Source: Octopus sinensis (Eukaryota). Taken from it: DNA of 64,000 nt. Position 1 is the stretch's first letter; every line of letters starts with the position of its first letter. Below are positions 12,120 to 24,981 of the stretch, in pieces. Below the pieces are notes generated by a model. That model worked only from the letters and a program-made list of their open reading frames with translations, made no database searches and was not told where the DNA came from. Made by a program: the position numbers and the translations under genes. The stretch is taken from positions 64,418,001 to 64,482,000 of the forward strand of contig NC_043009.1 of assembly GCF_006345805.1 (NCBI RefSeq). The letters run 5' to 3'.

Positions 12120-13430
12120 CGACGGGCTTCTTTCAGTTTCCGTCTACCAAATCCACTCACAAGGCTTTGGTCGGCTGGAGGCTATAGTAGAAGACACTTG
12201 CCCAAGGTGCCATGCAGTGGGACTGAACCCGGAGGCATGAGGTTGGTAAGCAAGCTACTTACCACACAGCCACTCCTGCGCATAATATATAGGGAAACCA
12301 ATCCCATTAACGCTTGTATATATTTAATCGTATATAAAGAAATGGGAAAGAAAAATGGGGAGAAATAAAGGTAAAACAGAAGCGTAAATATAAAATGCAT
12401 CGACAACGAAAAAGAGAAATGAAAATTTAATAAGAAAGAAAAAAGGGGAAACGGAGCAAAAGAATAGAATGCATTGTTTCAGCACGAGCATTTTGTAATG
12501 TTGCTTGATATCAATTATGGAAAATGAGGGACTGAAATATTTTCGAAAGATGACCAAAATTAAGAAAGATGAAAGAGTTGGTGAGTTAAAGAGAAAAGGA
12601 AAATAAACCGAAAAAGCAGGCACATTTCCTAAAACCAAAAGAAAGAAGCGTGCAGAAAGAAAGAAAAAGAAGAATATGTCTGAATAAAAATCAAGTCACT
12701 ACTAAATCACTTTTGAATAGACTGGACAACATCAATTTTGTGACAGGAATTTTCACGAATGTTTTAAGTGTACAATTGTAAGTCGGATGTAAATATGAAA
12801 TGTCGCATATAAGGCTTCTGGTAAAGTGCTAGAATCTTCATATTTCATTTGATGATAGGCCAGATGCCCAGACTTTTATTTAATCTGCACATTTCGTTTC
12901 TGACCAGTTTGAACGGTCCGGATGTTAAAAGAAAAAAATTCATAAATTTTCAGAATTTTGTACTACGAAACTGCGAGATCCGAATAAAATTCCAGTTGTC
13001 ATTTCCTTCTTTTTTTTCCTTTTTTTTTTTCATAATTCAAATGAAATTATCACCTAGAAAGTTGAAAAACTTGTAAGAAAGTAACATAAGTATAATTACT
13101 AAATTTTGCTTTAAAATTTTGGCACAATGCCAGCAATTTCAAAGGTTAAAGTATGTCGGTTACAATGAGCCCAGTGCATGACTGGTACTTAATTTATCGA
13201 CCTCGAAAGGATGAAAGGCTAAGTTGACCTCGGTGGAATTTGAACTCAGAACGCAGAGGCGGACGAAACGCCGCTAAGCATTTTGCCCGGCGTGCTAACG
13301 ATTCTGCCAGCTCGTCGCTTTGTTACAATGTAATATTTTGACATAAATTTGATAGTAATTAATTGAACACTTGTTTGTATTAAACTAATCGCAAGAATAG
13401 TTTAATACAAACCATATCGATATGCCAAAT

Positions 13431-13638
13431 CTAAAGATTATCCATATCATCCAGAGTTTGAAGTAGACAAGAATCTTTCATTTCAGGAAGTAAAAGGATC
13501 AGAAGTCCTGCAGCAATTCCAAACACTCCGTAGACACTGAGAGGTATCCAGGAGCCATATGTAGAGAGCTGAAGAATTGTTGGTGAAAAGACACCGCCAA
13601 CTCGAGCAAACAACGAAGCCGCACTCAAACCGCTGTTG
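13431..13638 (-). CDS. SLC22 gene A terminal exon, 208 bp (RNSGLSAASLFARVGG...LPEMKD...DNL*)
   Basis: TM11-TM12 with the LPE motif; acceptor TTTACATTTCAG; TAG at 13431-13433. Confidence 0.95.
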
Positions 13639-14174
13639 CTGAAATGTAAAGAAAAAATAACATATACTTTACATATAGATATAAATTTGTATGTGAGTAT
13701 GTATTATGCTAAAAAGGAAAAGACGGAACGGAAGACAGAGAGGTTGAGAGAATGAGAGAATGAAAGAGAATGCACGTTCCATATAAGTACATTTCGATTT
13801 GCATTTAATAATTGGTCGCCAAAACTCAGTACAATATGATATGAATGAATTTATGCTTTGCATACATTAGTTATTAGCATTTTTCTTGAAATGATGAGTT
13901 AAGGAAGGATGAAGTTAAAAGTTCGTCTCACTATTCCAGTGTCTTCTTTGAGTGCGAGAGTAAATTCCATCTATTATGTATGTATGTATTCTTGTGTGTG
14001 TACGTGCGAATTATTGTGTGTGTGTGTGTGTATGTGCACCTCTGAATATGTATGTGTATATGTGTGCGTTTGTGATATACTGCATGCTTTCAAGAACTTA
14101 TACATATAGAAATCATAATAAATAGACGAAGATAAATATTAGCGAAATACAAATTAATTGGCATTAATACACAC

Positions 14175-14176
14175 AT

Positions 14177-14273
<97 letters not shown>

Positions 14274-14290
14274 CACACACACACACACAC
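14175..14290. repeat. Long (CA)n microsatellite; representative of very many (TA)n, (CA)n, (TACA)n, (TAGA)n, (TAA)n and (GA)n tracts, e.g. 40530-41190, 44158-44565, 50030-50232, 53500-53878, 55185-55275
   Basis: Direct inspection. Confidence 0.98.
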
Positions 14291-15529
14291 GGTGTGAATC
14301 ATGTCAACTATAACAGGAAAATTAAGGCTACTTGAAATAAGTAACTTAGATAATGCTCCGAGAGAGAAAGTCCATTTAAGTCTGTTATTTTTTATCATAA
14401 TAACTTAGATTATCTCCCCCTTTCCCCTTTATCTGGCTTCCCTTTCAAACGAACCGGTTGTAGTTTATCCAGCACCCTGTTTGCACCCTTTAAGTATGAT
14501 AAATGTAATGGAACATTTCAATACAGAAATTGCGTGATACAGTCAGACATTTTATTTTTTTGTTAGAGATTGCAATTCTCATGTCTGAATCATCACATGA
14601 ACTGGCAGTGATACGAGTTAATCATAAAACGCTGAGTGCCACAGCGACATTTTTTGCATTCCTTCGTTTCACCTCTTACTAAACTCAATGCTGTGGTTCA
14701 CCATTTTACCCTAGTATCACTAGAATGTGCGGGTGTGCTCGTGCCAAGTCATTATATAAAATGGCTCTCGGCTGAACCGAGTCACGAAGACACTCTTCCT
14801 GTGAATCATGATTGCGACTAGGTAAAGCCTATTGGAATGACTATTGTGTCTCATGACCATCCCAACGGAAAGCAACTTAACAAGTAACACCCATATACAC
14901 ACAGCCCATACATACATTCATACATACATACGTAAATGGACACACATACCTACACACATATCTCTATAAACAATGATATATATATATAGGGAGAGTTTAC
15001 GAGAAAAACAAAAAACGAAGACAAGTGGTGTACAAAACGTATATATATATCACAATGATGGTGGTGTACAATACATATATATATATATCACAATGAGATT
15101 TTGACAACTGTTGTTCTTATAGAACTTACACATACCCGAGAAATAATACTAGAACCATTTTACCACTGATTAGGAAAGATCTCTAATGTACCTACGTTCG
15201 GTAAACGAACGAAAGCGTTTATAAAGAATTATCCAAAATTCTGACTGCCTCCTTTTTCTCAATATACAATATATGTACACCACTTCAAACACGCTATACA
15301 TACACACACACACACACAAATACTGAAAGAGAGAAAGAGAGAAATAGAGAGAGAGAGAGAGGGAGATAAAGAGAGAGAGAGGGAGATAAAGAGAGAGAGA
15401 TGTATGTGCGTGTGTAAGGTTATTTTAAACGAAATTATATTGGACACAATTCAGTATCCGAGTTATTCTGGTGCATCACATCGCAATAAGTGCGAAACTC
15501 TTTTCGAGATTGTGAAATACTTCACCTAC

Positions 15530-15638
15530 CGTGTTACAGTTGGAAACAGTTCTGCTGATGTCAGATAAATGCCACTAAATGATGCCGTCAAAGCCAGCCT
15601 CCCGATAACGGCTAATATCAGGGGAAACCAAAGATTAC
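15530..15638 (-). CDS. SLC22 gene A exon, 109 bp (NLWFP...SAELFPTVTR), TM10
   Basis: ELFPT..R signature; acceptor TTTTTCAG, donor GTAGGT. Not in the ORF track; found by reading the minus strand. Confidence 0.95.
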
Positions 15639-16076
15639 CTGAAAAATTGTTTACAGTGAAAATATGAACATTTAAGCTTTATAAATATGTCACGTTCATC
15701 TACGAGATAAATTATTCAATAACCGGAGGCGAATTAGCTTCAAGACCAGTAGAAGCAATGTTCGTGAAATCTATGTTCTCTAACATAATTATGAGTAATC
15801 TGCGGCCCGTGGGACTCCTAGAAAGACTCACCGAAGGAAAAATTGCCTTGATTTATTTTCACCTGATGATTAGCAATGTCCCATGCGATCTGCTTCTCGA
15901 AACAGGTAGCTCTTGTCATTTAGATTCTAAAAGAATAATTAGGTATTCTCGGTTGTTTGGGGGAATCATTTTGCAATCAACCTAATGAATAGCCTTTTGT
16001 GAAGACGTCTTACGGTCTATGACCTTTGGGTTGGAAAAATAGAGTATCACCACAGATACTCTCTCTCTCTCTCTCC

Positions 16077-16202
<126 letters not shown>

Positions 16203-16405
16203 TGAGAAAGTTGGTATGTGAAAGCACGTGGTTGAATATATAGAAAATAGTAAAAAGTGAAAAAACTACAGAAAAGCTGAACGCGAAACCGTCTTTCTTC
16301 AAAAACTATGTCATTGTATAAAAAAATTTATAACATTCTTCAGACATAATGACTCAAATATATAACCTTCTAAAACAAGCCTTCTGTAGTTTTTTCCCTT
16401 TTTAC

Positions 16406-16494
<89 letters not shown>

Positions 16495-17025
16495 GGAGTC
16501 CCCAGTATGTTAGATATGACAAGGCGGTGAGCTAGCAGAATCGTTAACACGCTGGGCAAAATGCTTAGCCCCTTGTGGGTAATAAAGAAATAGGTATTTC
16601 ATCTGTCTTTACATTCTGAGTTGAAATTCCGCCGAGGTCGACTTCGCCTTTGATCCTTTCGGGGTTGATAACTTAAGTACCAGTTGCATATTGGAATCGA
16701 TCTAATCGACTGCCCCACCCACCAAAAATACTAGGGTTCAATGAACTCGACTAGCTCACTCCCCCAAATTGGGCCTACAGTAGAAAGGGTTATTTATGCT
16801 GATAATTAAACATAAATTTTCATTTCACTAAGTGGGTCGTCGATACAGTATTGCATTCAAAATTAAAAAAAAACGACGAAACAAAATGATTTTAGCGCAT
16901 GTCATCCATTTCTATTTTTTTTTTCTAGTTTCAGCTCAGAGCTGCGGCCTTGCTGATGCACCACCGTTGCACATTTATCTACTTGACAATGAACGGATTA
17001 TAATATTTGATGTAAATAATATTAC

Positions 17026-17240
17026 CTGCTGGTACAAAGTTTGAAACAATACAGTTAAATCCACCAAATACCATTAAAACACAAAGCGGCTTACGATGCC
17101 CAAACCATTTAAAAAATAAATATCCAATAATGTTCGCTGGAATTCCTATTAGCGCCATTATGAAGAAGTTCATATACCGACTGCCAGACATATCAACGGA
17201 ATTTAGTATCACTCCGTAGTAAAGCATACTGTTGACAAAC
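17026..17240 (-). CDS. SLC22 gene A exon, 215 bp (FVNSMLYYG...FVPAG), TM7-TM9
   Basis: YYG motif; acceptor TTTTTGTTACAG, donor GTAATA; phases match the neighbours. Confidence 0.95.
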
Positions 17241-17389
17241 CTGTAACAAAAATAGCAAGACTGAAATATCACTTGGTAAAACGGCATTGACTGGTTGCTC
17301 AAATTATTCAAGATATGAGCTCAAACATTAGACAGATACTGAAAGAAGCCCGTCGTATGCATATATGCATGCATGCATATATATATATG

Positions 17390-17433
<44 letters not shown>

Positions 17434-17574
17434 GAAAAAAAGACACCTTTTATAAATTCAAAATGAACAATTAAATTACACCATCTAGAAAATTACATAT
17501 AATAGAAATATTAACATTAAAATAACAATAAAATGTCAATGATTAAGTAAATTGCAAGAAAAAAAAAAAAAAAA

Positions 17575-17607
<33 letters not shown>

Positions 17608-17848
17608 GAATATAAATTGTAGGTGGTTTTTTTCTAATTTTTTATATATATATTATATTGTGTGAAATTTGATTTAGTATTTCTAAATTGAATTTTTTTC
17701 CTTGTAAATTTTGGATTTTATTCCCTCAAACATTAATAATTATATATATATATACATCAATACATTATAAATGGAGTTAACGCAGGTGTCATTTAAATTC
17801 TTAACAAGGGAAAAATACACACATCTATTACATATATACATATACATA

Positions 17849-17884
<36 letters not shown>

Positions 17885-17899
17885 TATATATTATATATA

Positions 17900-17924
<25 letters not shown>

Positions 17925-17930
<6 letters not shown>

Positions 17931-18190
17931 ATTGCCAACCAAGCATGGCGTCCTTCACAGGACAGTGGTGTTTATAGCCCCAGAATGACGTATCTTCCAG
18001 CTGGCTATTGATCGCTAACTTCAAAAGTTGTTTTTTTTATTCTCTCTCTATTTCCTCGTGCTCCTATCTGTTGAAGAGCGTAGGCTCGAAACGCAAAAGA
18101 CTTTCTCACTTTCCCGAGCCTCAAACTAATATACCTGCTTGTTGTTTATACATCTGTATTCGTCTTTTGTTTTTCTGTAAATTTCAACTA
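17925..18190 (+). mobile_element. PLE terminal fragment with degenerate hammerhead (18063-18100, CUGUUGA core, stem III broken) in gene A intron
   Basis: Homologous to 650-848 and 44565-44710. Confidence 0.7.
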
Positions 18191-18939
18191 TGTGTGTGTG
18201 TAAGTGTTTGTATTATTACAAACTAAAATATCTATTTTGTACACATACTATGTTTATTGTATATCTTGCACCTATCTCATAAGGCCTTAACTTTAATGCT
18301 CCATTATATTTATTAATTACAATGTGGATTTGTCTATTCATAACTAAATTATTACAGCTAAGTTTTTCCTTATTTGACTAATTCGTTTCACCATTTAAAC
18401 TATATTTGGTCCTGTTTCCACCTATATATATTTAAACTATGATTACAGTTTTTTCTTATACCTACCTACCATTAAATTAAGTACTATCCTCTCTATTCTT
18501 CCAGTATTTTTATTAATTGAATATTTTATTCTTTCTTTCTTCCTATTTTGGTAGGATATTTTAATATTTTACTTATAAATCCAGTTAACTTATTTAACTT
18601 ATTATTTAATATAATATTTTTTATTTCATACATTGCACGCCTCTCTAAGAATATATAATATACACATTTTCTATCTAGCCCAATCTATTTATTTGCTCTG
18701 CCCAATTTACTATCAATAATAATAATAATAATAATATTACTGCGGCTGATTCGTTCCACTAAAATTTCTCCGAGGCGGTGAAACAAGTAAATGATAAAAA
18801 ATATATGACAATATTTGATTTGTTGGGTGGATATTAATGCAGATATCATCTAAAATATTACCATAAATGTTAGTATAGAGTAATGCGATAATCACTTTGC
18901 TATTTGCATATCTAACATTGGACACGGTAAGATATTTAC

Positions 18940-19227
18940 CAGTTAAACCAAAGATTTATGGAAATCATGGCCCTTCGAGGCTTTTTTAATAAATCCATTG
19001 CTGTGTAGGTCTTTTTTCGAGTTCTTTCCTCATTTCCAAGATTCGTACTTTCGACAGCTTCGCTTTCAAATTTGAATTCAAGTTCTGCTTCCCTTTGAAG
19101 TTTCCGAATAAGATTTATAGCATTCTCGGGGTTTTTTCCATTTATTCTTGCTAGTCTCTTAAATGACTCTTCAGATTCTGTAAATCTCCCTTTATTAAGA
19201 AGCCATCTTGGCGATTCAGGATGATAC
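18940..19227 (-). CDS. SLC22 gene A exon, 288 bp (YHPESPRWLL...NLWFNW), central cytoplasmic loop
   Basis: PESPRWL signature; acceptor TTTATTTGGCAG, donor GTAAAT. Confidence 0.95.
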
Positions 19228-20017
19228 CTGCCAAATAAAATTGTTAAAAGATAGTATGACAGTGGAGATTTGAAAGTAAGTAATATTTCTGGTGCAGAAA
19301 AAGGACAACGACATATATTGAAGAGACAGCACGTAGCGTAGGTGAGCGAATAAACGAACACTGGCAGGAGCTTAAGGAGAAGAAAAGCTTGTCAATGTTC
19401 TACCAAGATGCTCATAGAGAACATGGAGGCTAGGTCAATAAGACAGATGTTGAGGTATTATCGACACATAAGAAGAAGCACGATACTCAAACAGATTACG
19501 GAAGCCACACGCATAATAGTAGATAGAATGAGCCTCAACAGAAAACGTGTATGGAATAATAACACCAGGCTTGGGAACCTGACGACTAAAGACAGAATGA
19601 GAAAAAAAAGGACAAAGATACAGGTAATGTAATACATAAACCTAAATACACACACACACAAGACGCACATACACATATTAAAGACAGAACGAGAAAGAAA
19701 AACACAAGAAACTAAAGACACGGGTATAAACAATGTAATAATCAAATCCATATACACACACACAAATCATGCATTCTAAACACACCTACAGACAGACACA
19801 CACACATACACACACAAAGATACAGACTCAAACGCATGCACAAATATGGATACATACCACAAAAAGACAAAATGGAATAAGCAGAACAAGAGGAGACACG
19901 TGGGATAGAGAGTCGCTGAAGAGGTCACAGGATGTGTGCCGAAATAACTTGGACAAAAACACTAAAATGATAATTATAACGCTGAAGAAAAAATGAAATA
20001 TACATATATATACATCC

Positions 20018-20051
<34 letters not shown>

Positions 20052-20135
20052 ACAATTGAGGGTAAAATTAATTAATCAATTTCACCAAATGTTCAGTATG
20101 TAAAAGGACCATTTAAGGCGAATTCAAAATATTAC

Positions 20136-20548
20136 ATTATATAATTAGGGCTTAGTAAAATAAATTACTTTGCCACATAATGAACTTAGTAGAAATAGCA
20201 GCCCAAAAAAATTTTTTTAACCATTTCTACTACTTAAAGAAAATTTCTCTCAGATAATGTTTACTCCAGACAGCTCACGAAGGTTTGGAGGTAAATACAG
20301 AAAAATATCACAAGTACATAGATCGTTTGAGTACGTCAACGTTTCAAGATTAGCCAAATAAATCTATGTACTTGTGATATTTTTCTGTATTTACCTCCAA
20401 ACCTTCGTGAGCTGTCTGGAGTAAACATTATCTGAGAGAAATTTTCTTTAAGTAGTAGAAATGGTTAAAAAATTTTTTTTGGCTGCTATTTCTACTAAGT
20501 TCAGTATGTGGCAAAGTAATTTATTTTACTAAGCCCTAATTATATAAT
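20136..20548. repeat. Near-perfect inverted repeat with arms 20136-20323 and 20362-20548 and a 38-nt spacer
   Basis: The arms are reverse complements apart from one substitution and homopolymer differences. Confidence 0.95.
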
Positions 20549-20550
20549 AT

Positions 20551-20622
<72 letters not shown>

Positions 20623-20752
20623 TATATATATATACATATACATAAATACACACACACACTCACACAGACATACACATACGATAATGTGTGAGTAAATTGA
20701 CAACTTTAATATCTATTGAGATTATCGTTAAATCCTGCGAAGATATACCTAC

Positions 20753-20924
20753 TTCAAAGCTATAATGAGAACCAGAATATGCGGAATAGTTGCCGCATAC
20801 AATAAATGTTGCCATTTCCGAAGTAAATACGCGACACCAGCGAGAAGTGTTTCTCCAACGGCGAAGAATGCATGCAGACTGAAGTTCAAGCTCAATCTGT
20901 AATTCTGAGAGACATATTCGATCG
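20753..20924 (-). CDS. SLC22 gene A exon, 172 bp (AIEYVSQNYR...LIIALK)
   Basis: Acceptor TTTTTTATTACAG, donor GTAGGT. Contains the E..R motif, TM5, the W..L motif and TM6. Confidence 0.93.
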
Positions 20925-20992
20925 CTGTAATAAAAAACAAATATCATGTTAATATTTCTTGATAATATATGAAATATATCATCTTATACAAT

Positions 20993-21394
20993 ACTAGCAG
21001 TATCGCCCGGCGTTGCTCGGGTTTGTAAGGGAAATAACTATATAAGCATTTTTAGAGAATTATAGGCAAAAAATAGCAAAAAAATGCATTATAAATGGAA
21101 AAAAAATGATGGTAATTTTTTTTAAAAATCGTTGACTCATCGTAGACATTTTTAGAGAGTTACTTCCCTTATTTAATAGCGAAAAAATGCATTAAAATGG
21201 AAAAAATGATGGTAAATATTTTTTTAAATCGTAGACTCATCGTAGACGCGCGCTAATACCCAGAAGGGCTCGATATGAATCACGACTATAAGATACCCGA
21301 TTTTGGTTAAACTGCACCGCAAAATGTGGGAGTAGTTAGGAATCTAAATCGTAGGAGACAGACAGCACACAACCTTACTTTTATATATAAAGAT
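20993..21394 (+). mobile_element. Non-autonomous Helitron-like element; a related 5' end lies at 53878
   Basis: Begins ACTAGC...GCCCGGCGTTGCTCGG, carries an internal tandem duplication of about 105 bp, and ends acagacag..cttttatatataaagat. Confidence 0.55.
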
Positions 21395-22362
21395 TATATA
21401 TACTACAAGAAAAATCGCACTTCGGGCGGTTTTCTGCTTGTATGTGTAATGCGTATATCTATATACATATAGATATGACACATAAATTATAAAGTAAATT
21501 GACAATATGCACATGAATTGAACAAAGACTCTGTTGTAGTTTATTCTATAATAAGTGAAATAATTCATAATTAATATTCATTTGTAATTTCTTCAAAGTA
21601 ATATGACATTTTTAATAACGTGGTTTGGGGTGATAAACTGGACAGAGACCCGCACTTCTTCAATCATTATATTATAGAGTAGCTTAAGGTGACCCGCTCT
21701 ACGCGTGGGTGAGGGTGTGGTTGTTACTTTCTGTTGCTTCCTTCCTGTTTCTTATCGCCACATTCTCCGTCTTTGTTTCTCACTCCTTTCTCTCTCACTT
21801 TCCCATCTCTTACTCTTCCTTACTCGCTTTCTCTTACTCTCTATCTTACTCTATCTATCTCTCTCCCATTTATAAAAAAAACAAAAGATCTTGAGTAAGT
21901 TAAGAAAGGAAATATTTTGAAAGATCAATCATAAATAACAACAAACAACAACACATGCAACCGAATACAACAGTTGTCTCATAGATTCACCACTCTGCAT
22001 AACAGGAACACGGAGATCCAGATTATGGCACAAGAGAATCTAACATATTTTTTACACTCATTTATTATTTTTTTCCCAAAAGTTTCGTTGCTTCTTGCAA
22101 ACTCTTCAATAGTTTTTGACACAGCTAAAACCTATTGAACGAAAATTTTAGAAAAAATATAATAAAGAGGGGAAATTGAACCGGTGAGTGTGTTAATTAG
22201 TAAATCATTACAACAGAATGTCTCTCCCCAGACACAACAAAATATGCTTCAACACACAAATTTACATAAAGAATCTTAAAAAACAAATGCAAAATGAAAT
22301 AGAATCTAGCATGTAACTCTTAAAATCAAAAGTTTGTGTCTATAGAATTTTAAAACACTTAC

Positions 22363-22517
22363 CCATAGTGAATGCAACTACATACGTGCCAGCATACCCA
22401 AAGCCTTCGAAGAAGTAGATGATGACGAAGACTATATAATTTGGTGAATATATTTTGGCAAAAGCACTACCGATGCAAAGTATATCCGAGACACAGAACG
22501 CTTTGAATCGACCGAAT
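22363..22517 (-). CDS. SLC22 gene A exon, 155 bp (FGRFKAF...YVVAFTM)
   Basis: Acceptor TTTTTGGCAG, donor GTAAGT. Completes MFS motif A (SDKFGR) and encodes TM3-TM4. Confidence 0.95.
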
Positions 22518-22705
22518 CTGCCAAAAATAAAACCATTTAGTCATGTTTATTGAATCTTTGTGAATGTTCATATTTTTAAAATAAATTTCGGTGCCTATTA
22601 GAGATTTCATTTCCCACATGCCAAGCTGTTACATTCCGGGATTGCTTTCTCTCTCTCTCACTCTCTCTTGATCGCTTCTCTCACTCCACCTATCTCACTC
22701 ACTCT

Positions 22706-22740
<35 letters not shown>

Positions 22741-23099
22741 TATCAAACCTACATAATACATGGGCACTCAACAAACACGTGTACCCTTAATGTAGTTCTC
22801 AGGGAGATTCATTGTGAGACAGGTTGTGTCTTTGAATTACAGGTACAATTCATTTTTGGTAGCTGAGGGGACTGGTGCAACGTGAACTAAAGAGTCTGGC
22901 TCAAGGGCAAGGCGCACTGCTGAGAATCGAACTCACAACCATATGACAGTGCGCCGAACACCCTAACGGCTAACCCATGTTCCTTCATTAACATAATACC
23001 TATCAACGAAGGTTAAATCGAATGTAATGCAAAAATAGATATCGTCTTTTATTATCAAAGGACAAAGGTCATAGCGTAACTCTTCTTCCCGTTCTTTTT

Positions 23100-23600
23100 C
23101 ATTGGAGGTAAATAATGGGTTCTGAGCAGAAACATGATGTCACTGAGTTTTTGAAGAAGGAAGAGAAAGAGCGTAATTCTCCGACAGCTACCGAAGGCCA
23201 CGGGAGATGACTCCATTGGTCAGAACGATATGAACAGATGGATGACGAAGTTTAAAGAACAAATCATTATTGAAGACAAACCACACGGGGAAGAACATCC
23301 ACTGCAGCAACTGACACGAATTGGCGGAAAGTGGACGAATTGATTCGCACAGAAAAGTTCGGTGCAATCCATGAAAATACTCTCTTCCCAGAATTGGGGT
23401 GGTTTCAAGGCAAAGAATTCATCAAGGTATCTTTTTACATCATCCAAGGAATTGAAATTTTCACCATTAAGACTATTCTGCAGAGACCTGAATAAGTGGA
23501 AATCCGAAGGAGCAATATCTGGGGAGTAGGGAGGGTGGGGGTAACACATCCCAGCCGAGCTGCAGCAATTTTTGTCTGGTTCCCAAAGCATCAAGTGCCG
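23100..23600. mobile_element. Mariner remnants: N-terminal HTH piece on + fused to C-terminal catalytic piece on -
   Basis: Minus strand: HPPYSPDIAPSDFHLFRSLQNSL (mariner DD34D end). Plus strand: RWMTKFKE..IEDKP..KVDELIR. Confidence 0.75.
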
Positions 23601-23998
23601 AAAATGAACTTTCTCATCTTTTATTTTAAAGGGTTACAGAATTAACACAGGTTATAGGAACATAAACCTTCTTCCACGAAAAGATAGCTTAAACTGTGCT
23701 CTAAATAGAGGTGTAGTCAAATCTTATTTCATGGACTCAACCATATTCTAAAATAAGTCGAAAGGTAAGCTGCTATACATCGGCATGAACTTTCCGGACA
23801 ACCCAATATTTAATACTCGGCGACCGTCACAAAATAATTCTTGCGTGACATTATACCATCTCTTTATACCAACTTTGTAAGAGTTAACTTTGTTAGGTAT
23901 TCATTATTTCTGTTCGACATTAAACGATTTATACATTTATATGAACCCCATTTTCTTATAAATAGCATTCTTAGAGAAAGTAAACGTCTTGCACTTAC

Positions 23999-24102
23999 TT
24001 GTCTGAAATTATACCAAATAATAGATTTCCAAAAAGAAAACCTGTAAACATTACAGACACCGGAAGGTTTTTCAACCATTCTTTTTCACAAGCTAAATCA
24101 AA
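23999..24102 (-). CDS. SLC22 gene A exon, 104 bp (FDLACEKEW...GIISDK)
   Basis: Acceptor TTTTTCTACAG, donor GTAAGT. The xDLxC and GxxSD(K/R) motifs are present, and the phase is compatible with both neighbours. Confidence 0.95.
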
Positions 24103-24382
24103 CTGTAGAAAAACAGAATAATATTTTAAACATAGTTATTGGCTAAACACAGACATACAACTGTTATAACAGTTATAAATGCTAAACAAACTAAATTGTC
24201 CCTCACCCCTGGAGTTCGAGCGGAAAAAACCTGTATGCACGCGCGCACACACACACACAAACATACACACGCACATACACATATATACATATATATATAC
24301 ATACATACATACTTACATACGTACATACACACATATGTATATGTTTATATATATAGGTATATACAAAATGTGTGCATACATA

Positions 24383-24451
<69 letters not shown>

Positions 24452-24454
<3 letters not shown>

Positions 24455-24850
24455 TAGATAAACTTAGATATGTTTCGACCAAGATTGGTCCAGGCCATGT
24501 CTAACTTAATAGCACCACCTGATAGGATTATTCGAATCCTGTTTAAGTCAAGTTTTGTTTATGGTCCGTTCAAGTAGTGAGTTTTTGTTGGGTGAATTGT
24601 ATCCAATTATGGGTGGCTTATCTGGAATTATTTGAAGGAATCTATCCAGACTCCGTTTAAAGTTGATGGGATCATTTTCCTCTTTGATCTCTTTCGGGAC
24701 AATGTTAAATAGGGCAGGGCCTGTTGAGGAAAATAAATTATGTTGCAGTGTACATGTATGCTGTGATCTTATATATAAACAGTTTTGTGGCACGTCGTGT
24801 ACCTGTACAGGTAATGCTGATTTGAGGGAGAGAGCTAATGTGAACAAAAA
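24452..24850 (-). mobile_element. CR1/L2-group LINE 3' end
   Basis: GPALFNIVPKEIK...FKRSLDRFL..IPDKP..GYNS..NSLLE, a 3' stem-loop and an (ATCTAAGTTT)2 tail; same family as 49295-50005. Confidence 0.75.
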
Positions 24851-24981
24851 AAATTGATCACTATAATCGGGAAAAATTATCTACCATATTTATTGAAATT
24901 TCTATTATGATAACATTATTACAATACGTATACACCAAAGCACAAAGATTAGAAGAAAAAAGACGAGTTACAACTCCTTAC

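Noticed and set aside
15862-15922. CTGATGA...GAAAC AGG tagct CTT GTC hammerhead candidate
   Set aside because: The core and stem III fit, but stem I does not pair and the base of stem II is unpaired. It cannot be distinguished from chance.
24452-24505. Hammerhead at the CR1-like LINE 3' end (CTG GACCA atct TGGTC GAAAC)
   Set aside because: The core lacks four nucleotides and there is no stem I or stem III. It is better explained as the LINE 3' stem-loop before a tandem-repeat tail.
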